Assembly (NCBI GenBank): GCA_965602015.1
Contig: OZ271918.1
Span: 2,656,001 to 2,720,000 of the forward strand
Reading direction: 5' to 3'
Length of the DNA stretch: 64,000 nucleotides
Source of the DNA: Salinispira sp.
GTDB lineage: Bacteria > Spirochaetota > Spirochaetia > DSM-27196 > Salinispiraceae
Made by a program: the position numbers and the translations under genes. Shown here piece after piece: positions 47,152 to 57,077 of this stretch; within the stretch, counting starts at the first letter, position 1, and each line of letters starts with the position of its first letter. The notes under the pieces were generated by a model, which was not told the origin of the DNA, did no database searches, and saw only the letters and a list, made by a program, of their open reading frames with translations.

Positions 47152-50100
47152 TCAGGCCAGATATATGCGGTGCTTGCCAAGCAGCTTCGCCTGGTACAGC
47201 GCTTTGTCGGCGATATTGAGAAAACTGTCCACATCCGCGGCGGCGTCCCCGAGCCTGGTGCTGGCGGCAATGCCGATTGAACAGGACAATCGCTTATCAT
47301 CGGGCACGACGATGCTTCGTCCGAGGACCTCTTCAAGGACCGCCCGGTAGGAATCGCATTCTTCGATTTCCCTGATAAGCCTCTGGCCGAGTTCCCCGGC
47401 TCCGTCTTCATCGGTTTCCGGTAATATAACGACAAATTCGTCTCCGCCATAGCGGAAAGCCGTATCGATGTGCCGCACCACTTTTTTTATGGTGCGGGAA
47501 ACCTGAATCAGCAGGGTATCGCCGGCTGCATGACCGTAGGTATCATTAAAGAACTTGAAGTTATCCAGATCAATGAACAGCAGGGCCAGTTGCTTCTCTC
47601 CACCCCGGTTATAGCGCTGGAGCCGTGACAGCTCGTAATCGAGCACGTCGTACAGCGAGGCCCGGTTGCCCAGATTCGTGAGATAGTCTGTGGTGGAGGA
47701 CTGCTTGAGCAGGTCGTTTTTTTGCTTCAGCTCCTGATTTTGAATCATTATCGTCTGCTGCTGATGCAGTTTTTGCATGGCAAGCCCGAATTGCTGCCCG
47801 ATGAGGCTGAAAAGCTGAAGGGATTCGGGCCGCACATTGGCTTCGCCCAGGCGGCTAAAACAGAGAATCAGTCCTCCGGGATCGGTTTTGGGGTTAACCT
47901 TGATGCTGAGCACGCCGCCGTAGCTCTCCATAACTCCGGAAAAATCCCTCAGTTCCCCGGCTGGAGTAAAGCGGACCATTTCATTGAGGTTGGCCAGATG
48001 GCGTATAAGGAGGGAAAACTCCTCGTTTTTGGGTATGGGGGTTTTTTCCCGAATGGCCATCTGCTGGTAATCCCGGCGCCTGCGGCTCAGGTATATAATC
48101 ACGTCGAAATCGAGCTCGAAGTAACTGTAGATCAGGTCAAGGGTGTTTTCCGCTAGATCTTTCTGGTTATCCTCCTCTGCGATTATGGAAAAAAGCATGT
48201 TCAGCTGGTTTATATCGTCAAGGCGCTTGCGAAGGGAAACCAGGCTGCTTTTCATTCGGGCGCCGTGCAGGGCCCAGCCGGTATCCAGTCGGGAAATCCG
48301 GGGATAGGGCTTAGGCGCATCGAGCTTCCGGTATCGTTTCCGCTTCTCGAGGATTTCACCATAATAGCTGTTTCCCATTTCCCGACAGGCATTCAAGCCA
48401 CGCTCGAAGCTCACCTGAGCATCGTCTTTTTTGCTCTGCAGCAGGTAGAAGTCGCCGAATTCGAGGAAAAAAACCGGATACAGATAGTAGTTGCTGTTCG
48501 GCTCCCTTACCAAGGCTTCCTCCGCCCGGCAATACTCCCGGTAGGCTGACGGATAGTCCCCCTCGTCCTGATAGGTCAAGGCGCTAGCCAGGCAGTACAT
48601 AAACACTTCCTCGGACTTTTGCGCAAAGACCTTTCGGTCTTCAAGCTCGGCCTGCATTTTTACCTGCCAAGCCCTGAGACGGTTGCCGGATTTTAGGAGA
48701 TTCAGCACCTGGAGCAGCATTATGGCTGCCCGTGAGTGAAAGGAAAGGGTATCTAGTTGGAGGACCTTGAGAATATTAAGACAGGAGTCGGCATAACCGA
48801 CGCCGTCCTCGAATCGCCGGGAGAGGAAAGCGTTGAGTGCCAGGTTGTACAGGGTCATGGCGACCTCGTGAAACTGACTGTTGTTCCTCAGAATATCAAG
48901 GGAGGCCGCAAAGCTGTTCTGGGCCTTCCGGTACTCGCCCTGATAAAAGTAGTAAAAGCCGATGCCGTTGTTGGTACTGGCTTGTTCGCTCAGGTCCGGC
49001 AGCTGGGATTTCAGTTTTTTCGATTTGCGGTAATACTGCAGCACCTTCTCATAGTTTCCCGTACCGATGTAGGCCATGCCGATGATGTGATACAGATTAC
49101 CCAGGCGCTGCAGATTGTCCCGTTTCCGGGCGATTTTTACCGAGGGATAGTCTTTTTCCGAGAAGCTGCCGGAGTTCAAGGCCCGGGAAACCACATAGAT
49201 ACTGGAAATCAGGTAGGTATAGCTGTTTTCCATGCCAAGCTCTTCAGCCATTGCTATGGCCTTGTCCAGCTTTTTACGCTCGGTAATCAGGTCGTCGGGA
49301 TGGGTGAGGTTGTCAATCTGGCTGTATAAAAAAAGCGCTTGAAACTGCCGGTCCCGGTCGCCGGAGTCAACGGCATTCCGATAGGCCAGTTTGGCAAGCT
49401 TCAGGGAATACCCGGACAGCCCAAGCCCGAGATAGGCCGAGCCCAGAAGCTGATAGGCCTCGGACAGAAGCTGTTCTTCATCTATTTGCTGGGCGATGGT
49501 CAGGGCATTCTCAAAATGCTGACGGGCGGTTTCATGAAAGTTCCGGTGCAGGTCAATGAGCCCGAGGTACTTCCACACCTGGTATTTCACGTGAGGAAGG
49601 GCCCGGTGGTACAGTTGGAGATCGATGAAAGATTGAAAAATTCTCGCGCTGTCGTCAAGGGCAAGCAAGTAATAGGCGTTGATTCCGTCGTAAAACTGCG
49701 GGTCGTCGAGGATCTGGCGGTCGGGCTGGAAGGCCCCGGGACTCAGAGGTTTCCGGTCGGATTGGTGAAAATTCAATACCAGTCCCCGTTGGTCCGCCAG
49801 TTCGAGCAGGCGGCTCCAGGGAGAATCCTCGGCATCGGTGATGTTCTGAACAATTTCAGGGGCGCAGAGCACGCAGAGGAAGGGCAGCTTCAAGGAGGAC
49901 TTGAGAACAAGTTTGAGCAGGCGCAGGGTTGACCGGGGAAGGTAGTGGGCGTTTTCGATGAGGAATACCGCGGGCCGGCCGGTAAACATTCCCGAAAGTA
50001 TATTCCAGATTGATCGCTGCATCCGATAGGACTCGTAATCCAGTTCCCCGGGAACCAGGCTCTCGCGGCGAAACACCGTCCCGCTGGACAGGTACTCGGC

Positions 50101-50415
50101 GAGCACTCCGGCGTGATAGTAATACACATCGTACTCATCTATCTGCCTGAGGATATCGCCGGCGCTTTCTCCGGCGAGTTGATCCTTGCAGGTGTCGAGG
50201 AAGGGGGCATAGGGTTTCGGATTGTAGCCCGGGAATGAGAAATGAAAAATCTGGGGCTTTTCCCCGTCTCCCATGCTCTCGAGCTGGCTTAGTATGCTGT
50301 CGGCCAATGCTTCCTGATCGTCGGCCTGGCAAAACAGCATGGAGCCGCCTCCCTTGCGGGCTTCAGACCACAGGGTTCTCAACAATGGCGACAGGGATTT
50401 AAACTCATTGTGCAT
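47152..50415 (-). CDS. Diguanylate cyclase with TPR repeats and a degenerate NTPase-like N-terminus
   Basis: DLDNFKFFNDTYGH, I-site RHID, RYGGDEF; central TPR-like helices. Confidence 0.9.
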   Translation of the reverse strand: MHNEFKSLSPLLRTLWSEARKGGGSMLFCQADDQEALADSILSQLESMGDGEKPQIFHFSFPGYNPKPYAPFLDTCKDQLAGESAGDILRQIDEYDVYYYHAGVLAEYLSSGTVFRRESLVPGELDYESYRMQRSIWNILSGMFTGRPAVFLIENAHYLPRSTLRLLKLVLKSSLKLPFLCVLCAPEIVQNITDAEDSPWSRLLELADQRGLVLNFHQSDRKPLSPGAFQPDRQILDDPQFYDGINAYYLLALDDSARIFQSFIDLQLYHRALPHVKYQVWKYLGLIDLHRNFHETARQHFENALTIAQQIDEEQLLSEAYQLLGSAYLGLGLSGYSLKLAKLAYRNAVDSGDRDRQFQALFLYSQIDNLTHPDDLITERKKLDKAIAMAEELGMENSYTYLISSIYVVSRALNSGSFSEKDYPSVKIARKRDNLQRLGNLYHIIGMAYIGTGNYEKVLQYYRKSKKLKSQLPDLSEQASTNNGIGFYYFYQGEYRKAQNSFAASLDILRNNSQFHEVAMTLYNLALNAFLSRRFEDGVGYADSCLNILKVLQLDTLSFHSRAAIMLLQVLNLLKSGNRLRAWQVKMQAELEDRKVFAQKSEEVFMYCLASALTYQDEGDYPSAYREYCRAEEALVREPNSNYYLYPVFFLEFGDFYLLQSKKDDAQVSFERGLNACREMGNSYYGEILEKRKRYRKLDAPKPYPRISRLDTGWALHGARMKSSLVSLRKRLDDINQLNMLFSIIAEEDNQKDLAENTLDLIYSYFELDFDVIIYLSRRRRDYQQMAIREKTPIPKNEEFSLLIRHLANLNEMVRFTPAGELRDFSGVMESYGGVLSIKVNPKTDPGGLILCFSRLGEANVRPESLQLFSLIGQQFGLAMQKLHQQQTIMIQNQELKQKNDLLKQSSTTDYLTNLGNRASLYDVLDYELSRLQRYNRGGEKQLALLFIDLDNFKFFNDTYGHAAGDTLLIQVSRTIKKVVRHIDTAFRYGGDEFVVILPETDEDGAGELGQRLIREIEECDSYRAVLEEVLGRSIVVPDDKRLSCSIGIAASTRLGDAAADVDSFLNIADKALYQAKLLGKHRIYLA

Positions 50416-50515
50416 GGATGGCGGCTCCCCGATTAATTATATCCTTTCGGGGGCATTGGAACAATGTCCCCGAGTGCCAAGCCTCCATCATAAAAACGCG
50501 GAGCACACGGGCACA

Positions 50516-51889
50516 CTAATCGCCATCGGGAGAGGCCGAGACATCGGCATCCCGGCGGAGAATTTCCCGCTCGCGGTAGCGGAGAAACACCACCAGACTC
50601 AGGGTCATAAGAACCGCGGCGGTAACCGCCGTCATCCGGATGCCGAGACTGTTCGCGCTGGTCTTTCCCAGTAACAGGAGGCTGTTAAACAGGAGGAGGG
50701 CAACGGCCTGTCCGAGTTTTTGAACGAAGGTGCGGGACCCGAAAAACATGCCTTCCCGGTACACACCGCTCTTATGGGCATCGAACTCCGCCACATCGGC
50801 GATTATCGCATTTGGAAGGATTCCGAAAATCGCCAAGGGCAGGCCCAGGAGGGGCACGAGAAGGTAGTACTGGAATGCCCCCGAAAGGGGTAAAAGACCG
50901 AGCATCGACGTAATGATGTAGGAGCAGATAAAAATCCCGTACCCGATAATCATCAGGGTCTTTTTCCCGATTTTCTTTGCAATGAGGTTCACCGCCGGAT
51001 AGGTGAGAAAGCTGAGAACCCCGGCCAAAACCGTGAGAAACGACGCGTCCTGTTCGCTGCGCAACAGGAGAATGGTGACATAGTAAATGGTGCCGGTCTG
51101 CCAGGTGGTAATGCCGAACCAATAGAAGAAGTCGGAAATGATAAAGGGCCGGAACCAGCGGTTTGACAGCACGGACTTGAGGCTTTCTATCATCGGTACC
51201 GGGCTGGGACTGGCCTGGGAGTACTTCTTTTCGTCGATGAGAAACGCCGGCAGCAGCATAAACACCGTACCGATTAGTGAAAGTACGCCGAAGGTGAGTC
51301 TCATGGCGCTCACCTTGTCCATTCCCATCCCTTCGAAAACCGGCCAGATAAAAGAGGCCATGGTGGATATGGCAAAACCGAGGAACCAGGTAAGGGATAT
51401 ATAGGTGGAAAGATCCAGTTTTTCCTCGGGAGTATGGCCGAACTCCGCAATGAGGGTGAAATACGGGGTCACGTACGCGGTGTAAAAGAGATAGAAGAGC
51501 AGGAGCATGAGGGTGAGAAACAACACATTCCAGCCGCTTACTCCCTGCACCGGCGAAACAAAGACCAGGGCCATACTGAGCCCCGCCGGAATTGCGGCAA
51601 AACGCATGAAGGAAATCCGCCGTCCCTTCGGATGTTTGGAACGGTCGCTCAGGGTGGCAATCCAGGGATCGGTTATGGCATCCACCACCCGCCCGGCCAT
51701 GCTGATAATTCCGAGCACCGTCAGGAATCCGAAGAGGGCGATTTGGGGTATCAGCACCGGTATGCCGGAAATGTCCGTCGGATTGTAAAAAAAGGTCAGC
51801 CAGGTTGAGTTTAACCCGAACAGCAGGCTCCAGCCGAGCTGTCCCAGGGCATAGACAAATGCCATTCTCTTGGGCAACGATTCAGCCAT
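50516..51889 (-). CDS. MFS transporter (GPH/MelB-like)
   Basis: DAITDPWIATLSDR, ADVAEFD..REGMFFG; about 12 TM segments. Confidence 0.88.
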   Translation of the reverse strand: MAESLPKRMAFVYALGQLGWSLLFGLNSTWLTFFYNPTDISGIPVLIPQIALFGFLTVLGIISMAGRVVDAITDPWIATLSDRSKHPKGRRISFMRFAAIPAGLSMALVFVSPVQGVSGWNVLFLTLMLLLFYLFYTAYVTPYFTLIAEFGHTPEEKLDLSTYISLTWFLGFAISTMASFIWPVFEGMGMDKVSAMRLTFGVLSLIGTVFMLLPAFLIDEKKYSQASPSPVPMIESLKSVLSNRWFRPFIISDFFYWFGITTWQTGTIYYVTILLLRSEQDASFLTVLAGVLSFLTYPAVNLIAKKIGKKTLMIIGYGIFICSYIITSMLGLLPLSGAFQYYLLVPLLGLPLAIFGILPNAIIADVAEFDAHKSGVYREGMFFGSRTFVQKLGQAVALLLFNSLLLLGKTSANSLGIRMTAVTAAVLMTLSLVVFLRYREREILRRDADVSASPDGD

Positions 51890-51969
51890 GAAAGCTCCTC
51901 ACAGGGGAATACCGCTATAATATCACGGCTTTCCCCTCTTCGGAGGCTGTTTATCTCGGCTGATCGCAG

Positions 51970-52626
51970 TTAGTTCAGGTCAATATGATTTCCGGTTTTG
52001 GTGAAGTAGACCCATTCGCAGAGATTGGTCACATGGTCGCCCAGGCGCTCCATAAAGCGGTTGAGAAAAAGCAGGGCCGCTCCTTCTTCCACGTTATCCG
52101 GCGAGGCTTTCATAAATGCGAGAATTTTCTCCGTCAGGTCTTTTTTCATGCGGTCAATCCGCTCATCCATGGCGGCGACCTCCCGGGCAAGGGCCTCATC
52201 GCCGGAAGCAAAGGCTTCGAGGGCTTTTTGGAGCATCGCTATGCCCCGCTCGGCCATCTCCCGGATAACCGGGAGATGTTCCCTGGCGCCGGAACCGGAA
52301 ATCCGCCGTGCACCCTTGGCCAGATGCTTCGCGTGGTCGGCTATGCGCTCAATGCTGGAGACAATTTTTATGGCGCTCACGATATCCCGCAACTCCCCGG
52401 CAACCGGCTGTTCCATGGCGATGAGCTTGGCCCCGAGATCTTCAATCTCTATTTGAAGGGCATCGACTTTTTTGTCGCCTTCGATGACCCGGGCCGCCAG
52501 GTCTTCATCGCCGGATTCGACGGCCTCGAGACCGGCGTGGAGCTGATCGACGGTGATGGTCCCCATCTGCTGAACCTTTTGATGGAGGGAATTCAATTCC
52601 TGATGATATTTTTCACGCCATTCCAT
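51970..52626 (-). CDS. phoU: Phosphate signalling protein PhoU
   Basis: EQPVAGELR, ERIADHA, ERLGDHVTNLCE. Confidence 0.93.
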   Translation of the reverse strand: MEWREKYHQELNSLHQKVQQMGTITVDQLHAGLEAVESGDEDLAARVIEGDKKVDALQIEIEDLGAKLIAMEQPVAGELRDIVSAIKIVSSIERIADHAKHLAKGARRISGSGAREHLPVIREMAERGIAMLQKALEAFASGDEALAREVAAMDERIDRMKKDLTEKILAFMKASPDNVEEGAALLFLNRFMERLGDHVTNLCEWVYFTKTGNHIDLN

Positions 52627-52755
52627 ATAAACATCCTCGGCCGGCGGTATCCGGCCCTGTTATCATAAGTTAAGTATAGCACGGGGAACTCAAACCCTCT
52701 TCCACCGCCGCCGGGCGGAATGCCCAAGCCCACGCGGCCTCAACCGCGGGCAGAC

Positions 52756-53538
52756 TCAGCCGAAGCGGCCGGAAATATAATCTTCGGTTTCCTTATTCTT
52801 CGGATTGAAGAAAATCTCATCGGTCTTTCCATATTCAACGAGATACCCGGAGCGATTCTCATCGACCAGGAAGAATGCCGTCCGGTCTGAAACCCGCGCG
52901 GCCTGCTGCATATTGTGGGTAACAATGATGATTGTATAATCCTTCTTTAATTCGTTGATCAGATCCTCGATTTTTGTCGTAGAAATGGGATCAAGGGCGG
53001 ACGCCGGTTCATCCATCAGAATGATATGCGGCTTAATGGCAACCGCCCGGGCAATACACAGACGCTGCTGCTGACCCCCGGAAAGACGGAGAGCATTCTG
53101 TTTCAGCTTGTCCTTAACCTCACCCCACAATGCGGCCTGCCTCAGGCTGGTCTCCACCAGCTCATCCATATCGCCCTTGTACCCGTTAATCTTTGCGCCC
53201 CAGGCGATATTGTCGTAGATGCTTTTGGGAAAGGGGTTGGGTTTCTGGAACACCATGCCTATGTGGCGCCGGACTTCCACCGGATCGACCTTTTCGTTGT
53301 AGATGTCCACTCCGCGGAAATGGATGGTGCCCTCTGTCCTGGTGCCGGGAATCAGTTCGTTCATCCGGTTGATGCTGCGCAGCACCGTCGATTTTCCGCA
53401 TCCCGAGGGGCCGATAAAGGCGGTAACCTGATTTCGAGGGATTTCGATATTGATGTTTTTTACTGCCTGAAAACTGTCGTAGAAGAAATCCAGGTTTTCT
53501 ATTTTGATTTCGGTTTCATTGGCCATGGCGTTGCTCAT
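52756..53538 (-). CDS. pstB: Phosphate ABC ATPase
   Basis: [38 protein letters not shown]. Confidence 0.96.
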   Translation of the reverse strand: MSNAMANETEIKIENLDFFYDSFQAVKNINIEIPRNQVTAFIGPSGCGKSTVLRSINRMNELIPGTRTEGTIHFRGVDIYNEKVDPVEVRRHIGMVFQKPNPFPKSIYDNIAWGAKINGYKGDMDELVETSLRQAALWGEVKDKLKQNALRLSGGQQQRLCIARAVAIKPHIILMDEPASALDPISTTKIEDLINELKKDYTIIIVTHNMQQAARVSDRTAFFLVDENRSGYLVEYGKTDEIFFNPKNKETEDYISGRFG

Positions 53539-54830
53539 TTGCCCAATCTCCTTTTTTTCGCGATACGGTCGCGCATAATAATCGCAGATGCGTTGAGGGA
53601 CAGCAGGACCACCAGCAGAACTATGATGGCGGCCGCCGCAAGGTTACGGAATTCCGCCTGGGGATAGGCGGTCCAGCGGTAAATCATAATCGGCAGGGTG
53701 GTGAACTTGTCGAACACCGACGTCGGCGCGTTGGTCAGGAAGGCCGAGGCGCCGACCACCACAAGGGGCGCAGTCTCGCCCAGGGCCCGGCTGACGGCGA
53801 TAATGGTTCCTGTCAGGATTCTGTCCATTGAGGCGGGCAGAACATGATGCCAGACGGTCTGCCAGCGGGTGGCGCCCAGCCCAAATGCCGAATCCCTCAG
53901 GCTCTGAGGCACCGCCCGGATGGCTTCCTGGGCATTGATGATGATTATCGGGAGGATGAGCAGGCCCAGGGTCAGCCCGGCGGAGATAATGGTCCTGCCG
54001 TTGGCGCTGGAGTGATCCTCAATGGCTCCGAACACAAAGCCCGAGGTCAAAGGCTCAAGGATTCGGACAAAAACCGCCAAGCCCAGCAAGCCGTAGATAA
54101 TCGACGGCACCCCGGAGAGGTTGTAAATGTTTATCTGAATAAAGCGGTTTAGCCGGTTATCCGGCGCGAATTCTTCAAGGTAGAGCGCAGCGCCGACTCC
54201 AACGGGAAAGGAAAAGAGTATGGTTATCAGGATAACCATGACCGAGCCCCGAATGGGAATCCGCAGTCCCGCGTTTTCCGGGATGTTGGACAGGTCCTTG
54301 GTGAGAAACTCGAAGCTCACCCAGGAGCGGAACTGAACCCATGAACCGGGAATATTTTCTTCAGCGAAGCGGAAGATTTCTTCCCGCTGGCTGATGGACT
54401 CCCACAGCCGCCAGCTTCGCTCAACCCGGGGAATTACCACCCGGTCGACGGTCAGGCGGACAAGCTCCTGCTGACTTCGGTCCGCCAGGGGCTGCTCGGC
54501 GTTCATTGCCCGTATCAGTCCCCGCCGAACATTTTCATTTAATATGGTCAGCAGTTCGTCCCTCTCGAGATCGGCGAGTTCGACTTGTGACCCCGGCCGC
54601 ACCTGCTCGACCAATACCTCTGGTTCCACGGTGTTAACAATGGCCACATAGCCGAAGGCGCTGTTGAAAATATTCAGCAAAAGGGTAATCAACGCAATTA
54701 TGGCGATGGTCATGGAAATGTAAAACACAACCTGCCAAATCATTCCGGCCCGACGGCGGTCCGTCAGGTTTTTATCATTGTCCCGGTTTTCCGCTGCGAT
54801 GTCCCGGGGAGTAGAAAACATGTTACTCAT
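53535..54830 (-). CDS. pstA: Phosphate ABC permease
   Basis: [23 protein letters not shown]. Confidence 0.93.
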   Translation of the reverse strand: MSNMFSTPRDIAAENRDNDKNLTDRRRAGMIWQVVFYISMTIAIIALITLLLNIFNSAFGYVAIVNTVEPEVLVEQVRPGSQVELADLERDELLTILNENVRRGLIRAMNAEQPLADRSQQELVRLTVDRVVIPRVERSWRLWESISQREEIFRFAEENIPGSWVQFRSWVSFEFLTKDLSNIPENAGLRIPIRGSVMVILITILFSFPVGVGAALYLEEFAPDNRLNRFIQINIYNLSGVPSIIYGLLGLAVFVRILEPLTSGFVFGAIEDHSSANGRTIISAGLTLGLLILPIIIINAQEAIRAVPQSLRDSAFGLGATRWQTVWHHVLPASMDRILTGTIIAVSRALGETAPLVVVGASAFLTNAPTSVFDKFTTLPIMIYRWTAYPQAEFRNLAAAAIIVLLVVLLSLNASAIIMRDRIAKKRRLGK

Positions 54831-55780
54831 TAATCGTATACCTCCCGATATCGCTTTACGATCTGCCGGGAAATGATGTTGAGCACCAGGGTGAACAGAA
54901 AGAGCAGAAGACCCAGGGCGAAAATACTGTTGTAGTCAACAGTGTTATAGCTCACATCACCTCCGCTTATCCGCACGATGTACCCTGTGAGGGTTTCCGC
55001 GGCTTCGAAGGGGTTAAAGGTGAAATTCGGTCCCGCACCGGCGGCCAGGGCGACAATCATGGTCTCTCCTATTGCCCGGGATATCCCGACGATAAACGCC
55101 GCGCCGATTCCCGAAAACGCCGCGGGAAGGACTATCTGCATCGAGGTTTCCATTTTGGTGGCTCCCAGACCGTGGGCAGCCTGACGGAGGCTGTCGGGAA
55201 CCGCGTTGAGGGCGTCCTCCGCCATGGAAGCGAAATACGGGAGAATGAGTATACCCATGACAATTCCCGCCGACGCAGTGTTGTAAATATCCACCACATC
55301 GGGACCAAAAATCGCCTTCAGAAGGGGCGTCATAAAGGTCAGGGCGAAGTAGCCGTAGACCACCGTAGGGATACCTGCCAGGACTTCGAGAATCGGCTTC
55401 AGCACCGACCTCACCTTGGGGGCGGCGTACTCGCTGAGGTAGATAGCCACAAAAAGCCCCAGGGGCATGGCCACGAGCATGGCGATGCTGCTGGTCATGA
55501 GGGTGGCATTTAACAGCGGGAGCACTCCGATGCGCCCAAGCATGGGCTGCCAGACCGTGCCCGTGAAGAACTCCCATACGCTCACTTCATTCCAGAAGAG
55601 AAATGAGTCCCGGGTGAGGATAATGACGATTCCCGCTGTTACCAGGACCGACAGGCTGGCCATAAAGAACAGTATCCCCTGGATAAGCTGCTCATGGGGC
55701 CGCCGTTTCTTCGCAAACGATATACCGCTGGCGATGTCATCCGGTTCGGCGGAGAGTGCGTGTTTTGTCGCATCAGACAT
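54830..55780 (-). CDS. pstC: Phosphate ABC permease
   Basis: EVLAGIPTVVYG, SRAIGETM; GGAG SD before ATG 55780. Confidence 0.93.
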   Translation of the reverse strand: MSDATKHALSAEPDDIASGISFAKKRRPHEQLIQGILFFMASLSVLVTAGIVIILTRDSFLFWNEVSVWEFFTGTVWQPMLGRIGVLPLLNATLMTSSIAMLVAMPLGLFVAIYLSEYAAPKVRSVLKPILEVLAGIPTVVYGYFALTFMTPLLKAIFGPDVVDIYNTASAGIVMGILILPYFASMAEDALNAVPDSLRQAAHGLGATKMETSMQIVLPAAFSGIGAAFIVGISRAIGETMIVALAAGAGPNFTFNPFEAAETLTGYIVRISGGDVSYNTVDYNSIFALGLLLFLFTLVLNIISRQIVKRYREVYD

Positions 55781-55859
55781 GCTTCGCTCCGATTTTACAT
55801 AGTCTCCCGCAGGGGAAGTTCCCCGAAGAGCGGGATTCGCGGGCACAATAGACTAGTAA

Positions 55860-55876
55860 TATTAAAGTTTGGTTAA
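55860..55876 (-). promoter_or_regulatory. Pho-box-like repeat pair upstream of pstC
   Basis: - strand TTAACC-N5-TTAATA (11-bp period), with TATTGT 9 nt further on. Confidence 0.45.
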
Positions 55877-55905
55877 ACCCGCGTTTTTGAAGGGGTTTTC
55901 GTCAC

Positions 55906-55934
55906 AAAAAAAGGCGCGCCACAAAGGGCGCGCC
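55906..55934 (-). terminator. Rho-independent terminator after pstS
   Basis: - strand GGCGCGCC-CTTTGT-GGCGCGCC followed by T7. Confidence 0.85.
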
Positions 55935-55958
55935 GAGGGGTAGAACGCTGATTCTTTA

Positions 55959-56984
55959 TTAGAATGCGCCTTCCATTGCTTCGAGCCAGGCTTCCTTGGC
56001 GGAATCGATGTTCGCCGGGAAGTAACCGACTTCGTCGATAACGTCGTTGACGTTGTTCAGGAAGTAGGCGATGTAAGCCGCAACCTGGGGCTTGCTGCGC
56101 ATGATTTCCGCGTCGGAGTAGATGAACAGCGGGCGGGCGATGGGGTATCCGCCGAGGGCGACGTTGCCCGAGATGCTGTCGGAGTTCGCCTTTTCTACGG
56201 TCTCGAGGGAAGGAGTGATGCCTTCGATGGAGAGGATGTTCAGGATATCCTGGTTTTCCACATAGAACGCATATCCGAAGAACGCAACGGCATAGGGGCT
56301 GCCGGATACGCCCTGCACGAGGATGTTGTCGTCTTCGCTGAACTGGGTGTTATCAGCCGAGAGAATTACCGAGGGGTCCTCATCGTACACCAGTTCGACA
56401 AAGAAGTCGAAGGTGCCGGAGTCGGTTCCGGGAACGTAGCGCTGGATGGGCTCAGCGGGGAATGAGGGGTTCACTTCGCTCCAGAGGTTTGCGCCTCCGA
56501 AAATCAGGGCCAGTTCCTCGGCGGTGGCATTGGTGAGGAAATCGTTTTCAGCGGAAACTACGACGGAGAGGGCATCGGTGCCGACCCGGAAGGGGATGGG
56601 TGTGCGGCCGATGGCAGCGGCATTCTCAACTTCGCTGTCCTTGATTGCCCGGGATGCGTTGGATACGTCGGTTTCGCCGGCAACGGTGAACCGCTCGAAT
56701 CCGGCGCCGGAGCCGATAACGTCAATGGTAACGTCTCCCCGGAGGCCGTCTTCCTTGTAGCGCTCGACAATTACCGAAGCCAGGGGGCCGACGGTGGAGC
56801 TACCCGCGGTAACCACGTTGCCCTGTACGAGCAGGGGATTAACCTGGGGAAAGGCTTCTCCGGAGTCCTCGACCCATGCAAAGGCATCGTTGGCAGAGCT
56901 GCTGCCTTCTTCAGTACCACCGGCGGCGAATACTGCACCGGCAATTACAAACAGAATCATAAGTGCGGCAATGATTTTTTTCAT
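55959..56984 (-). CDS. pstS: Phosphate-binding protein
   Basis: AGSSTV, GSGAGF, NASR, DSGTFDFF, YPIARPLFIY. Confidence 0.95.
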   Translation of the reverse strand: MKKIIAALMILFVIAGAVFAAGGTEEGSSSANDAFAWVEDSGEAFPQVNPLLVQGNVVTAGSSTVGPLASVIVERYKEDGLRGDVTIDVIGSGAGFERFTVAGETDVSNASRAIKDSEVENAAAIGRTPIPFRVGTDALSVVVSAENDFLTNATAEELALIFGGANLWSEVNPSFPAEPIQRYVPGTDSGTFDFFVELVYDEDPSVILSADNTQFSEDDNILVQGVSGSPYAVAFFGYAFYVENQDILNILSIEGITPSLETVEKANSDSISGNVALGGYPIARPLFIYSDAEIMRSKPQVAAYIAYFLNNVNDVIDEVGYFPANIDSAKEAWLEAMEGAF

Positions 56985-57029
56985 AACTTCCTCCTTAGGA
57001 AATGTATGGCCAGATAATGCCTGCTTTTG

Positions 57030-57068
57030 TGTTAGAAAAGCGTGAGGAAGTTTTAAGAATTGTATGAA
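57030..57068 (-). promoter_or_regulatory. Pho-box-like array upstream of pstS
   Basis: - strand TTCATA, CTTAAA, CTCACG, CTAACA at an exact 11-bp period. Confidence 0.55.
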
Positions 57069-57077
57069 TTGGCCGTG

